Shown piece by piece: positions 39,301 through 49,268 of a DNA stretch of 64,000 nucleotides. Position 1 is the stretch's first letter; each line of letters opens with the position of its first letter. The notes under the pieces are model-generated. The model was not told the DNA's origin, searched no databases, and was given only the letters and a program-made list of their open reading frames with translations. Made by a program: the position numbers and the translations under genes. Location: contig DAHWKJ010000078.1 in the NCBI GenBank assembly GCA_027343695.1, forward strand, positions 8,290-72,289, given 5' to 3'. The DNA comes from Sulfobacillus sp. Its GTDB lineage: Bacteria > Bacillota > Sulfobacillia > Sulfobacillales > Sulfobacillaceae.

Positions 39301-40520
39301 AATCGATCCACAATCTTCCCATCAACGACTTTGACAGCGCCTAGTTCGATTATATCGTGGGTCCGGGCGGAGAGCCCGGTGGTCTCGACATCGACCACGA
39401 CGAGCGGGGTATGGGGCCACTCCACCTCAAGAGGAGGGCCTTGTAGCGCTTGGACCATATCGTCCACCATATTGACCTCAACCCCGTAAATGGCTTGAAT
39501 CCCAAATTTTTTGGTGAGTTGCTCCAATTCCGGATAGGTTTGGACACCCCCATGGTCAACAATCGCGACCGCTTGTTGATGGTTGTTCTTAGCCCATTCA
39601 AACACCTCAACGGGTGATAAGAGCGCATCCAATGTGCTCATTTTGGTATGCACATGCAGGTCCAAGTGGGGTCGTGAACTAGAGGCGATGCGAGGCGGGT
39701 CGACATTCACCGCGTGTTTGACGCGCAATACGAGTTCTTCGGTAAACTTATCCACTTCGAGAGACCCTTGGGCCTTGACATAAGTACCGACGGGAAATGC
39801 GTCAGCAGACAACGGTTGTCCTCGGCGTTCCGAATATTTAAGTCGGCAGGCTCCCTTATCGTCGGTGATAGTCCAGGTCCAGTGACTGACTCCATCGCGT
39901 CCAGCTCGGGTGTCTCGCGTGATGACCTTGCCCAACACGATCACATCGCCGGAAGTCGGCAACGAAAGGAGTTCTGCGGGGTCTCCCGGATACAAGCCTC
40001 GACCAATGTGAGCGTTTTGGGTCGCCAATCCACTAGTGGCTAAAGAGACCGGGACTACGGGGTCCGGTGCGGCTGGCTTTGCGGCGTCAATCTCGTCGTG
40101 CCACGAAGGCATGTCCGGCCAGAATGTTCGTAAGCGTGCTTCCCCGCCCCACTGCTGAAATAGCTCAAAAGCCACCCGACTCGGAAATCGGCAATGAATT
40201 TCTCCCGAACCGTCTTGGGTTATTGCCGAGTCGGACATTAGGGTGACAAACGTGGCTCCTCCAAGATCCCAAATTTCTTTTATCCGAGAGGTTGTGGCAC
40301 GTGGCCAAGGATATTCTTCAATACGGACCGCAATCCCCCACCGCGTCGTCAATTCGTGCGACAACAGGGCATGCCAAGCTTGGTCCTGCGGCACAACTTC
40401 TGCCACATAGAGAACGAGGCCTTCTGCTGTGCGTTTGGCCGCGAGGAACGGTCTAAGCGGGAACGGGTATTCATGGTGTTGCAACCAGTCGGTTAGGCGT
40501 GATGTCATCGTCGGGGCCAC
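36369..40520 (-). CDS. polC: DNA polymerase III alpha subunit, PolC type
   Basis: 1383 aa with an embedded 3'-5' exonuclease ('VVVDVETTGLS'), a PHP domain and the polymerase core. This is the Gram-positive PolC architecture. Confidence 0.95.
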   Translation of the reverse strand: MAPTMTSRLTDWLQHHEYPFPLRPFLAAKRTAEGLVLYVAEVVPQDQAWHALLSHELTTRWGIAVRIEEYPWPRATTSRIKEIWDLGGATFVTLMSDSAITQDGSGEIHCRFPSRVAFELFQQWGGEARLRTFWPDMPSWHDEIDAAKPAAPDPVVPVSLATSGLATQNAHIGRGLYPGDPAELLSLPTSGDVIVLGKVITRDTRAGRDGVSHWTWTITDDKGACRLKYSERRGQPLSADAFPVGTYVKAQGSLEVDKFTEELVLRVKHAVNVDPPRIASSSRPHLDLHVHTKMSTLDALLSPVEVFEWAKNNHQQAVAIVDHGGVQTYPELEQLTKKFGIQAIYGVEVNMVDDMVQALQGPPLEVEWPHTPLVVVDVETTGLSARTHDIIELGAVKVVDGKIVDRFHRMVRPTQPLSAGTRQITGIQDHDVANAPLPNTVMEEFLAFAAGSVLVAHNARFDDGFLRAALWRHNHVQLTLPVLDTLNLARIRVPGLKSYGLGALTQHFKIVLTQHHRALADAEATAEVLLKLLIDDSGEWLTEAFLRSPAPQSYTVGRPIPVVLLMQRQEGIESLYRMISASHLDTYYRVPRIRRSDLIAGRDSWLLGSPIHGGELQESLLRGDRPEDISQLAGFYDYWEITPPDGLTSLQREEHLGSKDMVCSYIHDLIALGTKHHKPVPAVSDAHYLRPQDKVFRDILAATAKGELHNASDALHFRNGDEMFEEFAWLDETTRSFVLEESPQTIYQSLGPIKPVPDGLFAPTLDEAVSVIESMPQNRAVALYGDPLPALVQSRLDKEVRSITVNGFSSIYYIAHRLVKKSLDDGYLVGSRGSVGSSLVATLLDITEVNPLPPHYRCPGCRYTEFVTDEQFQSGFDLPAKVCPHCETPMVGDGQDIPFETFLGFEGDKVPDIDLNFSGEYQPQIHRYTEELFGQGHVFRAGTIATVAQKTAYGLVRAWSRDAGRDLTPAELDWLASGITGVKRTTGQHPGGLMVVPQDESIYRFTPVQHPADDHASDVVTTHFDYHAIEGRLLKLDLLGHDDPTAIKMLEDLTGVSARAIPFQDEPTMSLFRDTSALQVSADSIGSPVGSLGIPEFGTPFVRRMLIDTRPSTFAELIRISGLSHGTEVWNNNAQDLIRQKLATLSNVIATRDDIMMYLLNRGIAPKSAFAISEAVRKGKELKPEQEDLMRQHQVPDWYIASCRKISYLFPKAHAAAYVMMGWRIAWFKVHYPLAYYATYFSRHMDDFNPEVVLAGIKRVNQVMKDIDELGNAATPKDKSQVSVLELTREMLARGYRFFPVNLDRSHSYRFTLHDGGLQIPFAALPGLGVAAADNIVAAREQGPFLSIDDLRQRAKLSKSIIELLRGQGALDDLGETSQLAFF

Positions 40521-40617
40521 TTCCTTGAGTAATAAATTTTCTAGTCGTCGGGGCGCGAAACCGAGGACCAGGTGGGGGGCGCGAAGCCCCCTCTTGGGGA
40601 CTCAAGCTTTACTGAAA

Positions 40618-41262
40618 TTAGATCCGCGGGATTTCCCGAATAATCTCCCAATACATCTTCATACGGGCCGCGAGTCCCTTGGCGAGCCCGAGTTTTTCTT
40701 CTTTCATCACTTGGGTCACGTCGTGCAAAATGACGGAATGAGGCTCCTTGCCTAGCCGTTTTAGCTGTCGGTGCAATTGGAGTTCGACGCCGTATCCGGC
40801 ACCACCGATGTGGTCCGCTCCTAAAAAAAACTGACTCCGCATGACGCGTTGGCCTGATAAAAACGGGGTCAGCGCCTGAGCCCAGTCCGTGGATGTGCGG
40901 CCCCCCTCAAATATACCCACCGTTGCCTCGTGATGGCCGTTTAATACCGGGAGAATTAACTCCCGTACATGGGACACCGTCAATCCCACCAGGTCAGCAT
41001 CTAAAAATAGAAGGACATCGGCCGCTGCGTGCTCGGCACCGGCCTTGATGGCGCTCCCTTTCCCGGAATTTTCCTTCAAGTCCAGAACCGTGACTCCCAT
41101 TCTCCGTGCTACGTCACTGGTGTTATCCGTGGATCCGTCGTTGACCACGATGATTTCGTGGATTTCAGGCACTGTTTGCAAGACGCTAAGCACCGACCCG
41201 ATGTTGGATTCCTCGTTATAGGCCGGAATTATGGCTACTACCCGATCACTCACTTGCGCCAC
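40618..41262 (-). CDS. Family 2 glycosyltransferase (small, GpgS/DPM-like)
   Basis: 214 aa with 'VAIIPAYNEESNIGSVL', 'IIVVNDGSTDNT' and 'LFLDADL' (DxD). Confidence 0.8.
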   Translation of the reverse strand: MAQVSDRVVAIIPAYNEESNIGSVLSVLQTVPEIHEIIVVNDGSTDNTSDVARRMGVTVLDLKENSGKGSAIKAGAEHAAADVLLFLDADLVGLTVSHVRELILPVLNGHHEATVGIFEGGRTSTDWAQALTPFLSGQRVMRSQFFLGADHIGGAGYGVELQLHRQLKRLGKEPHSVILHDVTQVMKEEKLGLAKGLAARMKMYWEIIREIPRI

Positions 41263-41309
41263 ACCCTCAGTTTTTTAGAGTCCCTTTTACCGATTATTGA
41301 CCGATACTC

Positions 41310-42740
41310 CTAGTAGGCCCGCCCAAATAAGGCTCGTCGCACACCCGGCCTGCCACAGACTATACACCCATTACCTGACAAGTTCGCCTCGAGGGGAAGG
41401 CAGCGGATTGTCACGGCAGTTTCCTGCTTGAGGCGGTCGGCACACTGTTCGTCTGCACACCAATCCCCGAGAAAAAATCCTCTATGATCATATTGTGCCA
41501 TCTCTTGGTAATTCTGAATAGCGTGGGTGTGTTGATTTCGGTAATCTTGAGCTTGGCGAAAGAGAGTCGTTTGAATATCTTCTAAAACCTTGGGAATCGT
41601 TGCGGAGACCTCCGATTCCTCGACTGCTAGTTTCTCACCCGTATCGCGCCGACAGAGCATGACCCGTTGTTGCGCCATATCTTTGGGCCCCACTTCAAGT
41701 CGTAGTGGCACTCCCCGCATTTCCCAGTCGTTAAATTTGTAGCCAGGCGTGTATTCATCACGGTCGTCGATCTTGACACGGCATACGGACTGCAACTGCG
41801 CTTGCAATGTTTTTGCGTGCCTAACTACGGCATCGCGCTCCGCGCCCCGGCCAATCGGGACGATGATCACTTGAATCGGAGCTACGCGGGGCGGCATGCG
41901 GAGTCCTTTGTCGTCACCGTGCACCATAATTAAAGCTCCGATCATGCGGGTGGTACTGCCCCATGACGTCGTCCAGCCATATTTTAAGACGCCGTCTTCG
42001 TCGAGATACCGAATCTCAAACGCTTTCGCAAAGTTTTGTCCTAAAAAGTGCGATGTGGCAATTTGAAGCGCCTTACCATCGCCCATTAAGGCCTCTAGGG
42101 TGTACGTCTCAACCGCACCAGCGAAGCGCTCGCCGGCGCTCTTGACTCCCTCAATGACGGGGACCGCGAGCTCGCCTTCGATGACCTCACGGTAGGTTCC
42201 AAGCTGCTGCACAGTTTCCGCAACGGCTTCTTCTTCAGTCCGGTGCACCGTGTGACCTTCTTGCCACAAAAACTCCGTCGTGCGTAAAAAGGGACGGGTT
42301 GATTTTTCCCAGCGTAAAACATTGGCCCATTGATTAATGAGGACCGGCAGGTCACGGTACGATTGAATCCACTGCGAATACATGTACCCTATGATGGTTT
42401 CTGATGTAGGGCGCACCGCTAAGCGTTCGGCCAATACCTCGTTGCCACCCATTGTCACCCAGGCCACTTCCGCAGAAAAACCTTCAACATGCTCTGCTTC
42501 TTTCACCAAAAGATTTTCGGGAATCAGAAGGGGGAAATATGCGTTCTCATGTCCGGTCGCTTGGAAGCGTTGGTCCATCGCCGTTTGAATGAATTCCCAG
42601 ATCTTATAGCTATAGGGCTTCATCACCATAAAGCCCTTCATTGGCGCATAATCCACCATGTCCGCTTTCTTAATCACGTCGACATACCACTGGGAAAAGT
42701 CGTGCGATTTAGGCGTGATTTCCTTGAGAAGCTTTTCCAC
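41310..42740 (-). CDS. proS: Prolyl-tRNA synthetase, archaeal/eukaryote-like short form
   Basis: 476 aa with 'ITPKSHDFSQWYVDVIKKADMVDYAPMKGFMVMKPYSY' and a Cys-rich C-terminal Zn domain. ATG 42740 overlaps ispG by 32 nt. Confidence 0.93.
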   Translation of the reverse strand: MEKLLKEITPKSHDFSQWYVDVIKKADMVDYAPMKGFMVMKPYSYKIWEFIQTAMDQRFQATGHENAYFPLLIPENLLVKEAEHVEGFSAEVAWVTMGGNEVLAERLAVRPTSETIIGYMYSQWIQSYRDLPVLINQWANVLRWEKSTRPFLRTTEFLWQEGHTVHRTEEEAVAETVQQLGTYREVIEGELAVPVIEGVKSAGERFAGAVETYTLEALMGDGKALQIATSHFLGQNFAKAFEIRYLDEDGVLKYGWTTSWGSTTRMIGALIMVHGDDKGLRMPPRVAPIQVIIVPIGRGAERDAVVRHAKTLQAQLQSVCRVKIDDRDEYTPGYKFNDWEMRGVPLRLEVGPKDMAQQRVMLCRRDTGEKLAVEESEVSATIPKVLEDIQTTLFRQAQDYRNQHTHAIQNYQEMAQYDHRGFFLGDWCADEQCADRLKQETAVTIRCLPLEANLSGNGCIVCGRPGVRRALFGRAY

Positions 42741-43791
42741 CCAAACGAACCTCCTCGGCTGCTTCTTGAATTTCTTTCCAGAGTTCCTCTACCATGTCGG
42801 CTTGATCAACCCGCCGCACAATCTCTCCATGACGGAAGATAAGTCCCATGTTTTTACCCCCGGCCAAACCTACATCGGCTTCCCGGGCCTCGCCGGGACC
42901 ATTCACGGCGCACCCCATGACGGCGACCGTGATAGGTTCCGCAATCGAGGCCAGGCGTCTTTCTAATTCGGTGGTGACGGGCCACATGTCGAATTGGAGC
43001 CGACCACACGTTGGACACGCCACGATGTTGGCACCGCGTTGACGAAGTTTCAGGCTCTTTAAGATTTCCCATGCGACTCGGATTTCCTCTTCCCCGGGAG
43101 CTGTCAGGGAGACTCTGATGGTGTCGCCAATCCCTTCCGCAAGGAGCGTCCCAATGCCGACGGCAGACTTAATGGTGCCTTGCATGGTGGTGCCAGCCTC
43201 AGTGACCCCCAGATGCAACGGGTAATCATACTGTTCGGCCATGAGACGATAGGCGGCCAACATCGTGGGTACGTCCGACGCCTTGAGGGAAACCACGATA
43301 TTGTCATAATTGAGATCATTTAAGATGGCGATATGGCGGGCTGCCGATTCGACCATCGTTGCTGCGGTGCGACCCAGGTCATGAAGCAAGCCCTTTTCAA
43401 TCGATCCCGAGTTCACCCCGATCCGAATCGGAATTCCGCGTTCCTTGGCGGCTTTAACAACTTGCTCCACCCGATCCCGGTCGCCGATATTTCCGGGGTT
43501 CAGTCGCAGTTTATCTACCCCATTTTGAATCACGGCGAGCGCTAAACGGTAATCGAAATGGATGTCGGCCACTACCGGCATGGGCGAGTGCTTCACAATT
43601 TCGCCGACGGCGGCGGCGGCTTCTTGGTCGGGTACGGCGACGCGCACCATTTCACAGCCGACGGCCGCGTACCGCGCAATCTCGTCGAGCGTTGCCTTGA
43701 CGTCCCTAGTGTCGGTTTTTGTCATGCACTGCACCACCACCGGAGCACCTCCGCCAATCGTCAGATCCCGTACCTTTACCGCTTTTGTCAT
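42709..43791 (-). CDS. ispG: 4-hydroxy-3-methylbut-2-en-1-yl diphosphate synthase
   Basis: 360 aa with 'VVVQCMTKTDTRD', 'LRLNPGNIG' and Fe-S cysteines 'ACPTCGR' and 'MGCAVNGPGE'. Confidence 0.93.
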   Translation of the reverse strand: MTKAVKVRDLTIGGGAPVVVQCMTKTDTRDVKATLDEIARYAAVGCEMVRVAVPDQEAAAAVGEIVKHSPMPVVADIHFDYRLALAVIQNGVDKLRLNPGNIGDRDRVEQVVKAAKERGIPIRIGVNSGSIEKGLLHDLGRTAATMVESAARHIAILNDLNYDNIVVSLKASDVPTMLAAYRLMAEQYDYPLHLGVTEAGTTMQGTIKSAVGIGTLLAEGIGDTIRVSLTAPGEEEIRVAWEILKSLKLRQRGANIVACPTCGRLQFDMWPVTTELERRLASIAEPITVAVMGCAVNGPGEAREADVGLAGGKNMGLIFRHGEIVRRVDQADMVEELWKEIQEAAEEVRLGGKASQGNHA

Positions 43792-43861
43792 GCTGAAACC
43801 TCCTCGTATGGATCCCTATGATCGCCGGCAGCGTGGGCCGGATACTTGTTCTATCTTACCA

Positions 43862-44896
43862 TTAGAACGCAGCACCCGTATGAAATAAATGGCTGACATC
43901 GTGGTAGGTGATGACCAACACGAAAAGAATAAGGACTACGAAGCCCACCATGTGGATCAAGTTTTCGTGTTCTGGCTTCATCGGGCGGCGGCGGACGCCC
44001 TCGAGCCCCAATAAAAATAACCGACTGCCATCAAGTACCGGAATCGGTAGCACATTAAATAGGCCGAGGTTGGCGGACAATGCTCCCGCCAGCATGAAAA
44101 GGCTCCAAATCCCGACGTGAACGGCCTGGTTGACGTAGACCGCAATTCCTACCGGGCCAGTAAAGGCCATTGGTACCCGGCCTTCGATCATCTCAAACAT
44201 GTACGTGAACCATCCTGCGGTGAGGTTGATGGTGTAGGTGATGCCGGAACGAATGGCCGCCAGGGGGCCCAGATGGACCGTGACGGTGGCGGGCTCGATC
44301 CCGATAATGTATCGTTTTTGTGCCTTGTCGTAACGAGGCTGGACGGTGACCTGATGGACTACGCCGTGGCGTTCCAGGGTCATCGCGATCGGATGATGCA
44401 CATGGTCGACAATGGCCTGTTTGAGTTCATCCCACGTTTTTATCGGTTGGTGGTCGATGGCAGTAATACGATCGCCAGCCCGTATACCTGCCGTATAGGC
44501 AGGATAGTGCGGGATTGTGGCAGCGATCGATGTCGTTGGGGTGGGCGTACCGATGGGACCAAAGGCTAAAGCAAAGATCACCCCGGCGAGAATGAGGTTC
44601 ATAACGGGTCCTGCAAAAATTACCGAAAATCTTTGCCACAACGGTCGATTGGGATAGTCGTTGGGATTGTCAGACTGATTCATCTCCATTCCGGCAATCC
44701 GTACGTATCCGCCCAGAGGAATGATCCGCAGCGAGTAACGGGTTTCTCCCCACTTAGGAGAAAGTAAGGCCGGGCCAAATCCGAGCGAAAATTCGGTAAT
44801 GCCCATGCCAAACGCCTTACCCATCAAAAAGTGACCCAACTCGTGGACCGACACTAAAATGCCAAAAATCGCTACCAGGGCTACGACGGTTGCCAT
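43862..44896 (-). CDS. rseP: RIP site-2 zinc metalloprotease RseP/RasP
   Basis: 344 aa with 'HELGH', an internal PDZ domain, and C-terminal 'NLLPIPVLDGS'-type motif 'FNVLPIPVLDGSRL'. Confidence 0.9.
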   Translation of the reverse strand: MATVVALVAIFGILVSVHELGHFLMGKAFGMGITEFSLGFGPALLSPKWGETRYSLRIIPLGGYVRIAGMEMNQSDNPNDYPNRPLWQRFSVIFAGPVMNLILAGVIFALAFGPIGTPTPTTSIAATIPHYPAYTAGIRAGDRITAIDHQPIKTWDELKQAIVDHVHHPIAMTLERHGVVHQVTVQPRYDKAQKRYIIGIEPATVTVHLGPLAAIRSGITYTINLTAGWFTYMFEMIEGRVPMAFTGPVGIAVYVNQAVHVGIWSLFMLAGALSANLGLFNVLPIPVLDGSRLFLLGLEGVRRRPMKPEHENLIHMVGFVVLILFVLVITYHDVSHLFHTGAAF

Positions 44897-44922
44897 GGGT
44901 TCAAAAACCTCCTATCCGGACA

Positions 44923-46068
44923 CTAGAATCTTTCCCGTACGACTAGGCTCGCCATCTGTCGTCCCCACCGGTCTGCCTCTAAGACGCTGTCCAGTGTGGT
45001 GAGGGGTTGATTATGGTTAACCTTCTCCAAAGTGGCTTCTACAGTCTGGACGATCCCTAAATACGGGATACACTCATGCAAAAAAGCATCCACCGCCACT
45101 TCATTGGCTGCATTAAATATGGCGGGCATCATTCCTCCGGATTTTCCGACTTCGCGCGCTAGGGCCAATGCCGGAAATGTTGTGTTGTCCGGTTGTTCAA
45201 ACGTCAAGGCGATATCGGACCAGTCGAGGGGAGGAGTAGCGAGTGGCCATCGGTCGGGCCAACTAAATGCCACCTGTACGGGCACCCGCATGTCGGGTTG
45301 TCCCAGTTGGGCCAGGGTTGCACCATCCATGTATTCCACCATGGAATGCACGATGCTTTGCGGGTGGATCACCACATCGATCTGGTCGTAGCCAATCTCG
45401 AATAATTGGTGGGCTTCGATAAGTTCGAGCCCTTTATTCATCAGGGTCGCCGAGTCAATACTAATTTTCTTCCCCATCGACCACTTCGGATGATTCAATG
45501 CCTCTTCTACCGAGACCGCTTCGAGTTCGGATCTGGTCCGGCCCCGGAATGGGCCCCCAGAACAGGTCAGAATCAGACGGCGGACGGGTTGCTTGGGATT
45601 AAGACATTGGAAGATTGCCGAATGCTCACTATCCACGGGAATGATCTGACTGCCGCTAACTCGAGCATAGCTACGGACCAAGTCCCCAGCGGCCACCATA
45701 GTCTCCTTATTGGCCAACAAGAGGTCATGGCCCCTCTCGAGTGCAGCCAGAGTAGGTACTAGTCCCGAGAAGCCGCTCATGGCGCCGACCACCTTGGAGT
45801 GTGGTGCTTGCGTTATATAGTCGATAATGCGCGCCATGCCGGAAACGATTTCGGGCCCGTCCATCGCCTTTACCAAGGTGGCAGAGGCATTCTCATCGGT
45901 CAGGCCGATCCAGCGTGCCCCGAGTCGAAGACCCAGGTCCCATAGAGCTTGACCACTCTGATGAGCCACCAAGCCGTCGACTACGAATTGGTCGCGATGG
46001 GCTGTTATTACATCTGCAACCGCCGCACCGACGGATCCCGTGGCTCCTAATACGATCACATGCGTCAT
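44923..46068 (-). CDS. dxr: 1-deoxy-D-xylulose 5-phosphate reductoisomerase
   Basis: 381 aa with 'VIVLGATGSVG', 'LLANKETMV', 'PVDSEHSAIFQC' and 'HPKWSMGKKISIDSATLMNKGLE'. Confidence 0.94.
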   Translation of the reverse strand: MTHVIVLGATGSVGAAVADVITAHRDQFVVDGLVAHQSGQALWDLGLRLGARWIGLTDENASATLVKAMDGPEIVSGMARIIDYITQAPHSKVVGAMSGFSGLVPTLAALERGHDLLLANKETMVAAGDLVRSYARVSGSQIIPVDSEHSAIFQCLNPKQPVRRLILTCSGGPFRGRTRSELEAVSVEEALNHPKWSMGKKISIDSATLMNKGLELIEAHQLFEIGYDQIDVVIHPQSIVHSMVEYMDGATLAQLGQPDMRVPVQVAFSWPDRWPLATPPLDWSDIALTFEQPDNTTFPALALAREVGKSGGMMPAIFNAANEVAVDAFLHECIPYLGIVQTVEATLEKVNHNQPLTTLDSVLEADRWGRQMASLVVRERF

Positions 46069-46095
46069 GAACGTCCCCCTCTTCGATAAACTGGG

Positions 46096-47124
46096 CTAAC
46101 TAATGGCTTGCTGTGTTCGATGGACGACCCTTAGCATGAGCGCCGTGATGGGGCCTATGATCACCCCGCTGGCCCCAAATAACCGAATCCCAATATAGAG
46201 CGCAATGACTGCCACCAAGGGGTGCACACCCATGTTGGAACCAACTAGGCGAGGCTCTAGGATTTGTCGTGCTAAGGCTACGGCTAACAACACGAGTAAT
46301 AATTTTAGCGCCAACACATGTTGACCTAAGAACCACGCTCCCAAGATCCAGGGACCGAGAATCGCAGTGGGCCCTAGGTACGGAACGAGATCTAAAAGGC
46401 CTGCGGCAATCCCAACGAGAACCCCATACCGGATACCCAGAAGCAATAATCCTGCGGCGGTGATTGCTGCGGTCAAAAAAACGAGCAACGCCTCGGCCTT
46501 CAAGAACCCCAATGTCCCATTTACAATATCATACTTCGCGGCTTGATATTGAGGTCGGATCGAGGGCGGCAAGGCTCGCAGCACTTGGGTACTGATCCAG
46601 CGATGGTCTCGTATCAGGAAATAGGCCGTCACTGTCCCGATAATCACCACAAGTCCCAGGTTTGGTACTTTGAGCAACAGCACCATCAGGCTCCGGACGA
46701 GCCCCTCCGAGATGTGATAGAGACTGGTCAAGGAGGTGTTGACCAGTCTGGGTCTTACATGCAATTGCCGCACTAACTGAGCTTCCCAGTCTCGGTTATG
46801 TTGAATCAGGTGTTCGCCCCGGGAGAGGTATTGAGGCAGTCGATGAGACAACTGCAAAAGTTCAGCCACCAATAACGACACGACCGATCCCAATACGATG
46901 AGGACGCCCCCTCCACCTACCGCTAAGCTCATCAGGGCTGCACCGGATCGAGGGACGTGGTGCGACTCAAACCAAGAGGCAATAGGTTGGAGGAGCATCG
47001 CTAACAACGCCCCAAACACAAATGGCACAATATACCCGAGACACCAACGCCAAAAGACGTAGGCACTCAGTAAAAACACTATCGACACCCAAAAACTCTT
47101 CCAATACATGGGCATTGCTATCAC
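46096..47124 (-). CDS. AI-2E family transporter (PerM/YtvI-like permease)
   Basis: 342-aa polytopic ORF with the AI-2E-type C-terminal block 'LVPYLGPTAILGPW...HPLVAVIALYIGIRLFGASGVIIGP'. Confidence 0.8.
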   Translation of the reverse strand: MIAMPMYWKSFWVSIVFLLSAYVFWRWCLGYIVPFVFGALLAMLLQPIASWFESHHVPRSGAALMSLAVGGGGVLIVLGSVVSLLVAELLQLSHRLPQYLSRGEHLIQHNRDWEAQLVRQLHVRPRLVNTSLTSLYHISEGLVRSLMVLLLKVPNLGLVVIIGTVTAYFLIRDHRWISTQVLRALPPSIRPQYQAAKYDIVNGTLGFLKAEALLVFLTAAITAAGLLLLGIRYGVLVGIAAGLLDLVPYLGPTAILGPWILGAWFLGQHVLALKLLLVLLAVALARQILEPRLVGSNMGVHPLVAVIALYIGIRLFGASGVIIGPITALMLRVVHRTQQAIS

Positions 47125-47146
47125 GGCTCCTGTTGGAGATCACATG

Positions 47147-47929
47147 CTAGCTTATGCCCAAGCTCTTTAATAAATAATAGGCAATTGGCAACGCAAATAA
47201 CGCGGAATCAAACCGATCTAGTATGCCTCCGTGGCCGGGAAGCAATCCTCCTGAGTCTTTAACCCCAGTATAGCGCTTAAGAGAAGACTCTAAGAGATCG
47301 CCCATTTGACCCACGACGCTCACGATGATGCCAAATAATCCGGCGGTGACGATACCGAGACCCATCCAGTGGGCGGATACGAGGCCGACCAGCGTACCGG
47401 CTACGGTCCCTCCAATGGTCCCCTCCCAACTTTTCTTGGGACTAATGGCCGGTAAGAGCTTATGGGCACCCCAGCGCCGGCCGATGAAATATGCCAGTGT
47501 ATCGGTGGCCCAAATCACAAAGAAAAAGACGTAGGCTAAATGCATTCCGTGGGGATCTTGGCGAATACGTACTAAATAAGAAAAAAACAACCCTAAATAG
47601 AGGGCAGCCCACGACGTGGTAATGGCCCCCTCAAACGCCTTGGCGTTACGATTAACGAGGGCAATCAAGGCGACTCCCACCCCACCTAGAGCGATTACCG
47701 GAACCGTCGCCGACGGCACCAGACTGGTCGCGATCAAGAGCCAGATCCATAAGGCGCCCGAAAACGGGAAGAAACTAATTCCGTGGCCCCGGAGCATCCG
47801 AAAAAGCTCCCACACCGCAACCGTGGCAAATAACGAGAGGCCCAACACGAGAATGGGTCCCCCCACATAAAGAAGAAACAACATGACCGGTATTCCAATC
47901 ACTGCGGTTAACACGCGTGTTTTTAGCAC
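47147..47929 (-). CDS. cdsA: Phosphatidate cytidylyltransferase
   Basis: Signature 'SLKRYTGVKDSGGLLPGHGGILDRFDS'. The start is reset to GTG 47929 (VLKTRVLTAV...), 14 nt after the uppS stop and behind AGGACGG. The track ORF overlaps uppS by 113 nt. Confidence 0.88.
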   Translation of the reverse strand: MLKTRVLTAVIGIPVMLFLLYVGGPILVLGLSLFATVAVWELFRMLRGHGISFFPFSGALWIWLLIATSLVPSATVPVIALGGVGVALIALVNRNAKAFEGAITTSWAALYLGLFFSYLVRIRQDPHGMHLAYVFFFVIWATDTLAYFIGRRWGAHKLLPAISPKKSWEGTIGGTVAGTLVGLVSAHWMGLGIVTAGLFGIIVSVVGQMGDLLESSLKRYTGVKDSGGLLPGHGGILDRFDSALFALPIAYYLLKSLGIS

Positions 47930-47942
47930 AACATCAGCCGTC

Positions 47943-48695
47943 CTAACCGATTCCGCCAAAACGGCGGTCTCGCTGTTGATAGGTATAAAGGGCTTGGGCC
48001 AATTCTTTGGCCGTGAAGTCCGGCCACAACGTATCGGTAATATAAATTTCTGCATAGGCGAGTTGCCACAGCAAAAAGTTAGACAACCGAATCTCGCCGC
48101 TGGATCGGATCAAGAGATCCGGATCGGGCAATCCGGCGGTGTCAAGATATCGTTCGAGAGTCAAGGCATCGAGGCGTTTCCCGGAACTGGTAACAGATGG
48201 GTCGCTAAGCCACCGATTGACCGCGCGCACGAGCTCGTCGCGTCCCCCGTAATTTAAGGCAATATTAAGCACCATTCGAGTTTCTTTGGCGGTTTCTTCG
48301 CGGGCCCAGGCCAGAGCACGCTGCGCCGGTTCGGGCAGCGCCGAAATGTTACCGATGGTTTTAATACAAACGCCTTCGGCTTTTAGTTCGGGTGTCTCCT
48401 GGTGTAAAAACTCTTCCAGTAACGACATCAGCGTATTGACCTCGGCTGGCGGACGTGTCCAATTTTCCGTGGAAAATGCGTAAACCGTCAGGACCTCGAT
48501 GCCTAGTCGAGCGCTTTCTTTGACGATGGGCTTCAAGGCTTTGACGCCTTCACGATGACCGAATACACGCGGCAACCCATGCTGCGTGGCCCACCGACCG
48601 TTGCCATCCATGATAATGGCGACATGTCTAGGTAGAGCCCGGGTGATGGTGACTTCACTATGTTGTGCGTCAGATTCTTCCGGATAAGTGTCCAT
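47943..48695 (-). CDS. uppS: Undecaprenyl diphosphate synthase (isoprenyl transferase)
   Basis: 250 aa with 'HVAIIMDGNGRWA', 'LTVYAFSTENW' and 'LLIRSSGEIRLSNFLLWQLAYAE'. Confidence 0.93.
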   Translation of the reverse strand: MDTYPEESDAQHSEVTITRALPRHVAIIMDGNGRWATQHGLPRVFGHREGVKALKPIVKESARLGIEVLTVYAFSTENWTRPPAEVNTLMSLLEEFLHQETPELKAEGVCIKTIGNISALPEPAQRALAWAREETAKETRMVLNIALNYGGRDELVRAVNRWLSDPSVTSSGKRLDALTLERYLDTAGLPDPDLLIRSSGEIRLSNFLLWQLAYAEIYITDTLWPDFTAKELAQALYTYQQRDRRFGGIG

Positions 48696-48710
48696 CGAAC
48701 CTCCTGCCCT

Positions 48711-49268
48711 TTACGGTGTCATGATATCTTGCTCACGCGATAGCGCGATCTCTTCGAGGATTTTAATGTAACGGTCGGTCAATTTCTGTACGTCGGTCTG
48801 GCCGCGACGGTCCTCATCCTCAGAGATTTGATGATCTTTTTGGGACCCTTTCAAGTGGTCCACGGCATCGCGTCGTATGTTGCGGATTGCCACCCGTTGG
48901 TCCTCGAGTTGGCGTCGTAATTGTTTAACCAGGTCGCGACGGCGTTCTTCGGTCAAAGCGGGAACACTGACCCTCAGCAAATGGCCGTCCACACGCACGG
49001 AGACTCCAATATCAGCTTTTGAAATGGATTTCTCAATAGACTGGATGGCTGCTTTGTCAAACGGTTGAACGACTAACAGGCGTGGCTCTGGTGCACTAAT
49101 CGTCCCCAGGTGCTGTAGCGGCGTAGAGGTACCATAATAATCCACCGATATCTTTTCCAACAGGGCCGGATGAGCTCTGCCGGCGCGCATGCCTGCGAGA
49201 TCGCGTTCAAACATCTCTACCGTTTTCTTCATTTTATGCTCTGCATCTTCGATTATCTCTTTAAGCAT
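48711..49268 (-). CDS. frr: Ribosome recycling factor
   Basis: 185 aa with '[19 protein letters not shown]' and '[12 protein letters not shown]'. Confidence 0.95.
   Translation of the reverse strand: MLKEIIEDAEHKMKKTVEMFERDLAGMRAGRAHPALLEKISVDYYGTSTPLQHLGTISAPEPRLLVVQPFDKAAIQSIEKSISKADIGVSVRVDGHLLRVSVPALTEERRRDLVKQLRRQLEDQRVAIRNIRRDAVDHLKGSQKDHQISEDEDRRGQTDVQKLTDRYIKILEEIALSREQDIMTP

Noticed and set aside
40575-40591. The GC hairpin GGGGGC-gcgaa-GCCCCC after the GT2 gene, as a possible terminator.
   Set aside because: No U-tract follows on either strand, and polC starts about 55 nt further on. It could be a processing or stability element, but the evidence is too thin to annotate.
42709-42740. 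A possible T-box or other leader upstream of proS.
   Set aside because: The proS ATG overlaps the end of ispG by 32 nt, so there is no room for a leader RNA. proS is probably translated from the ispG transcript.
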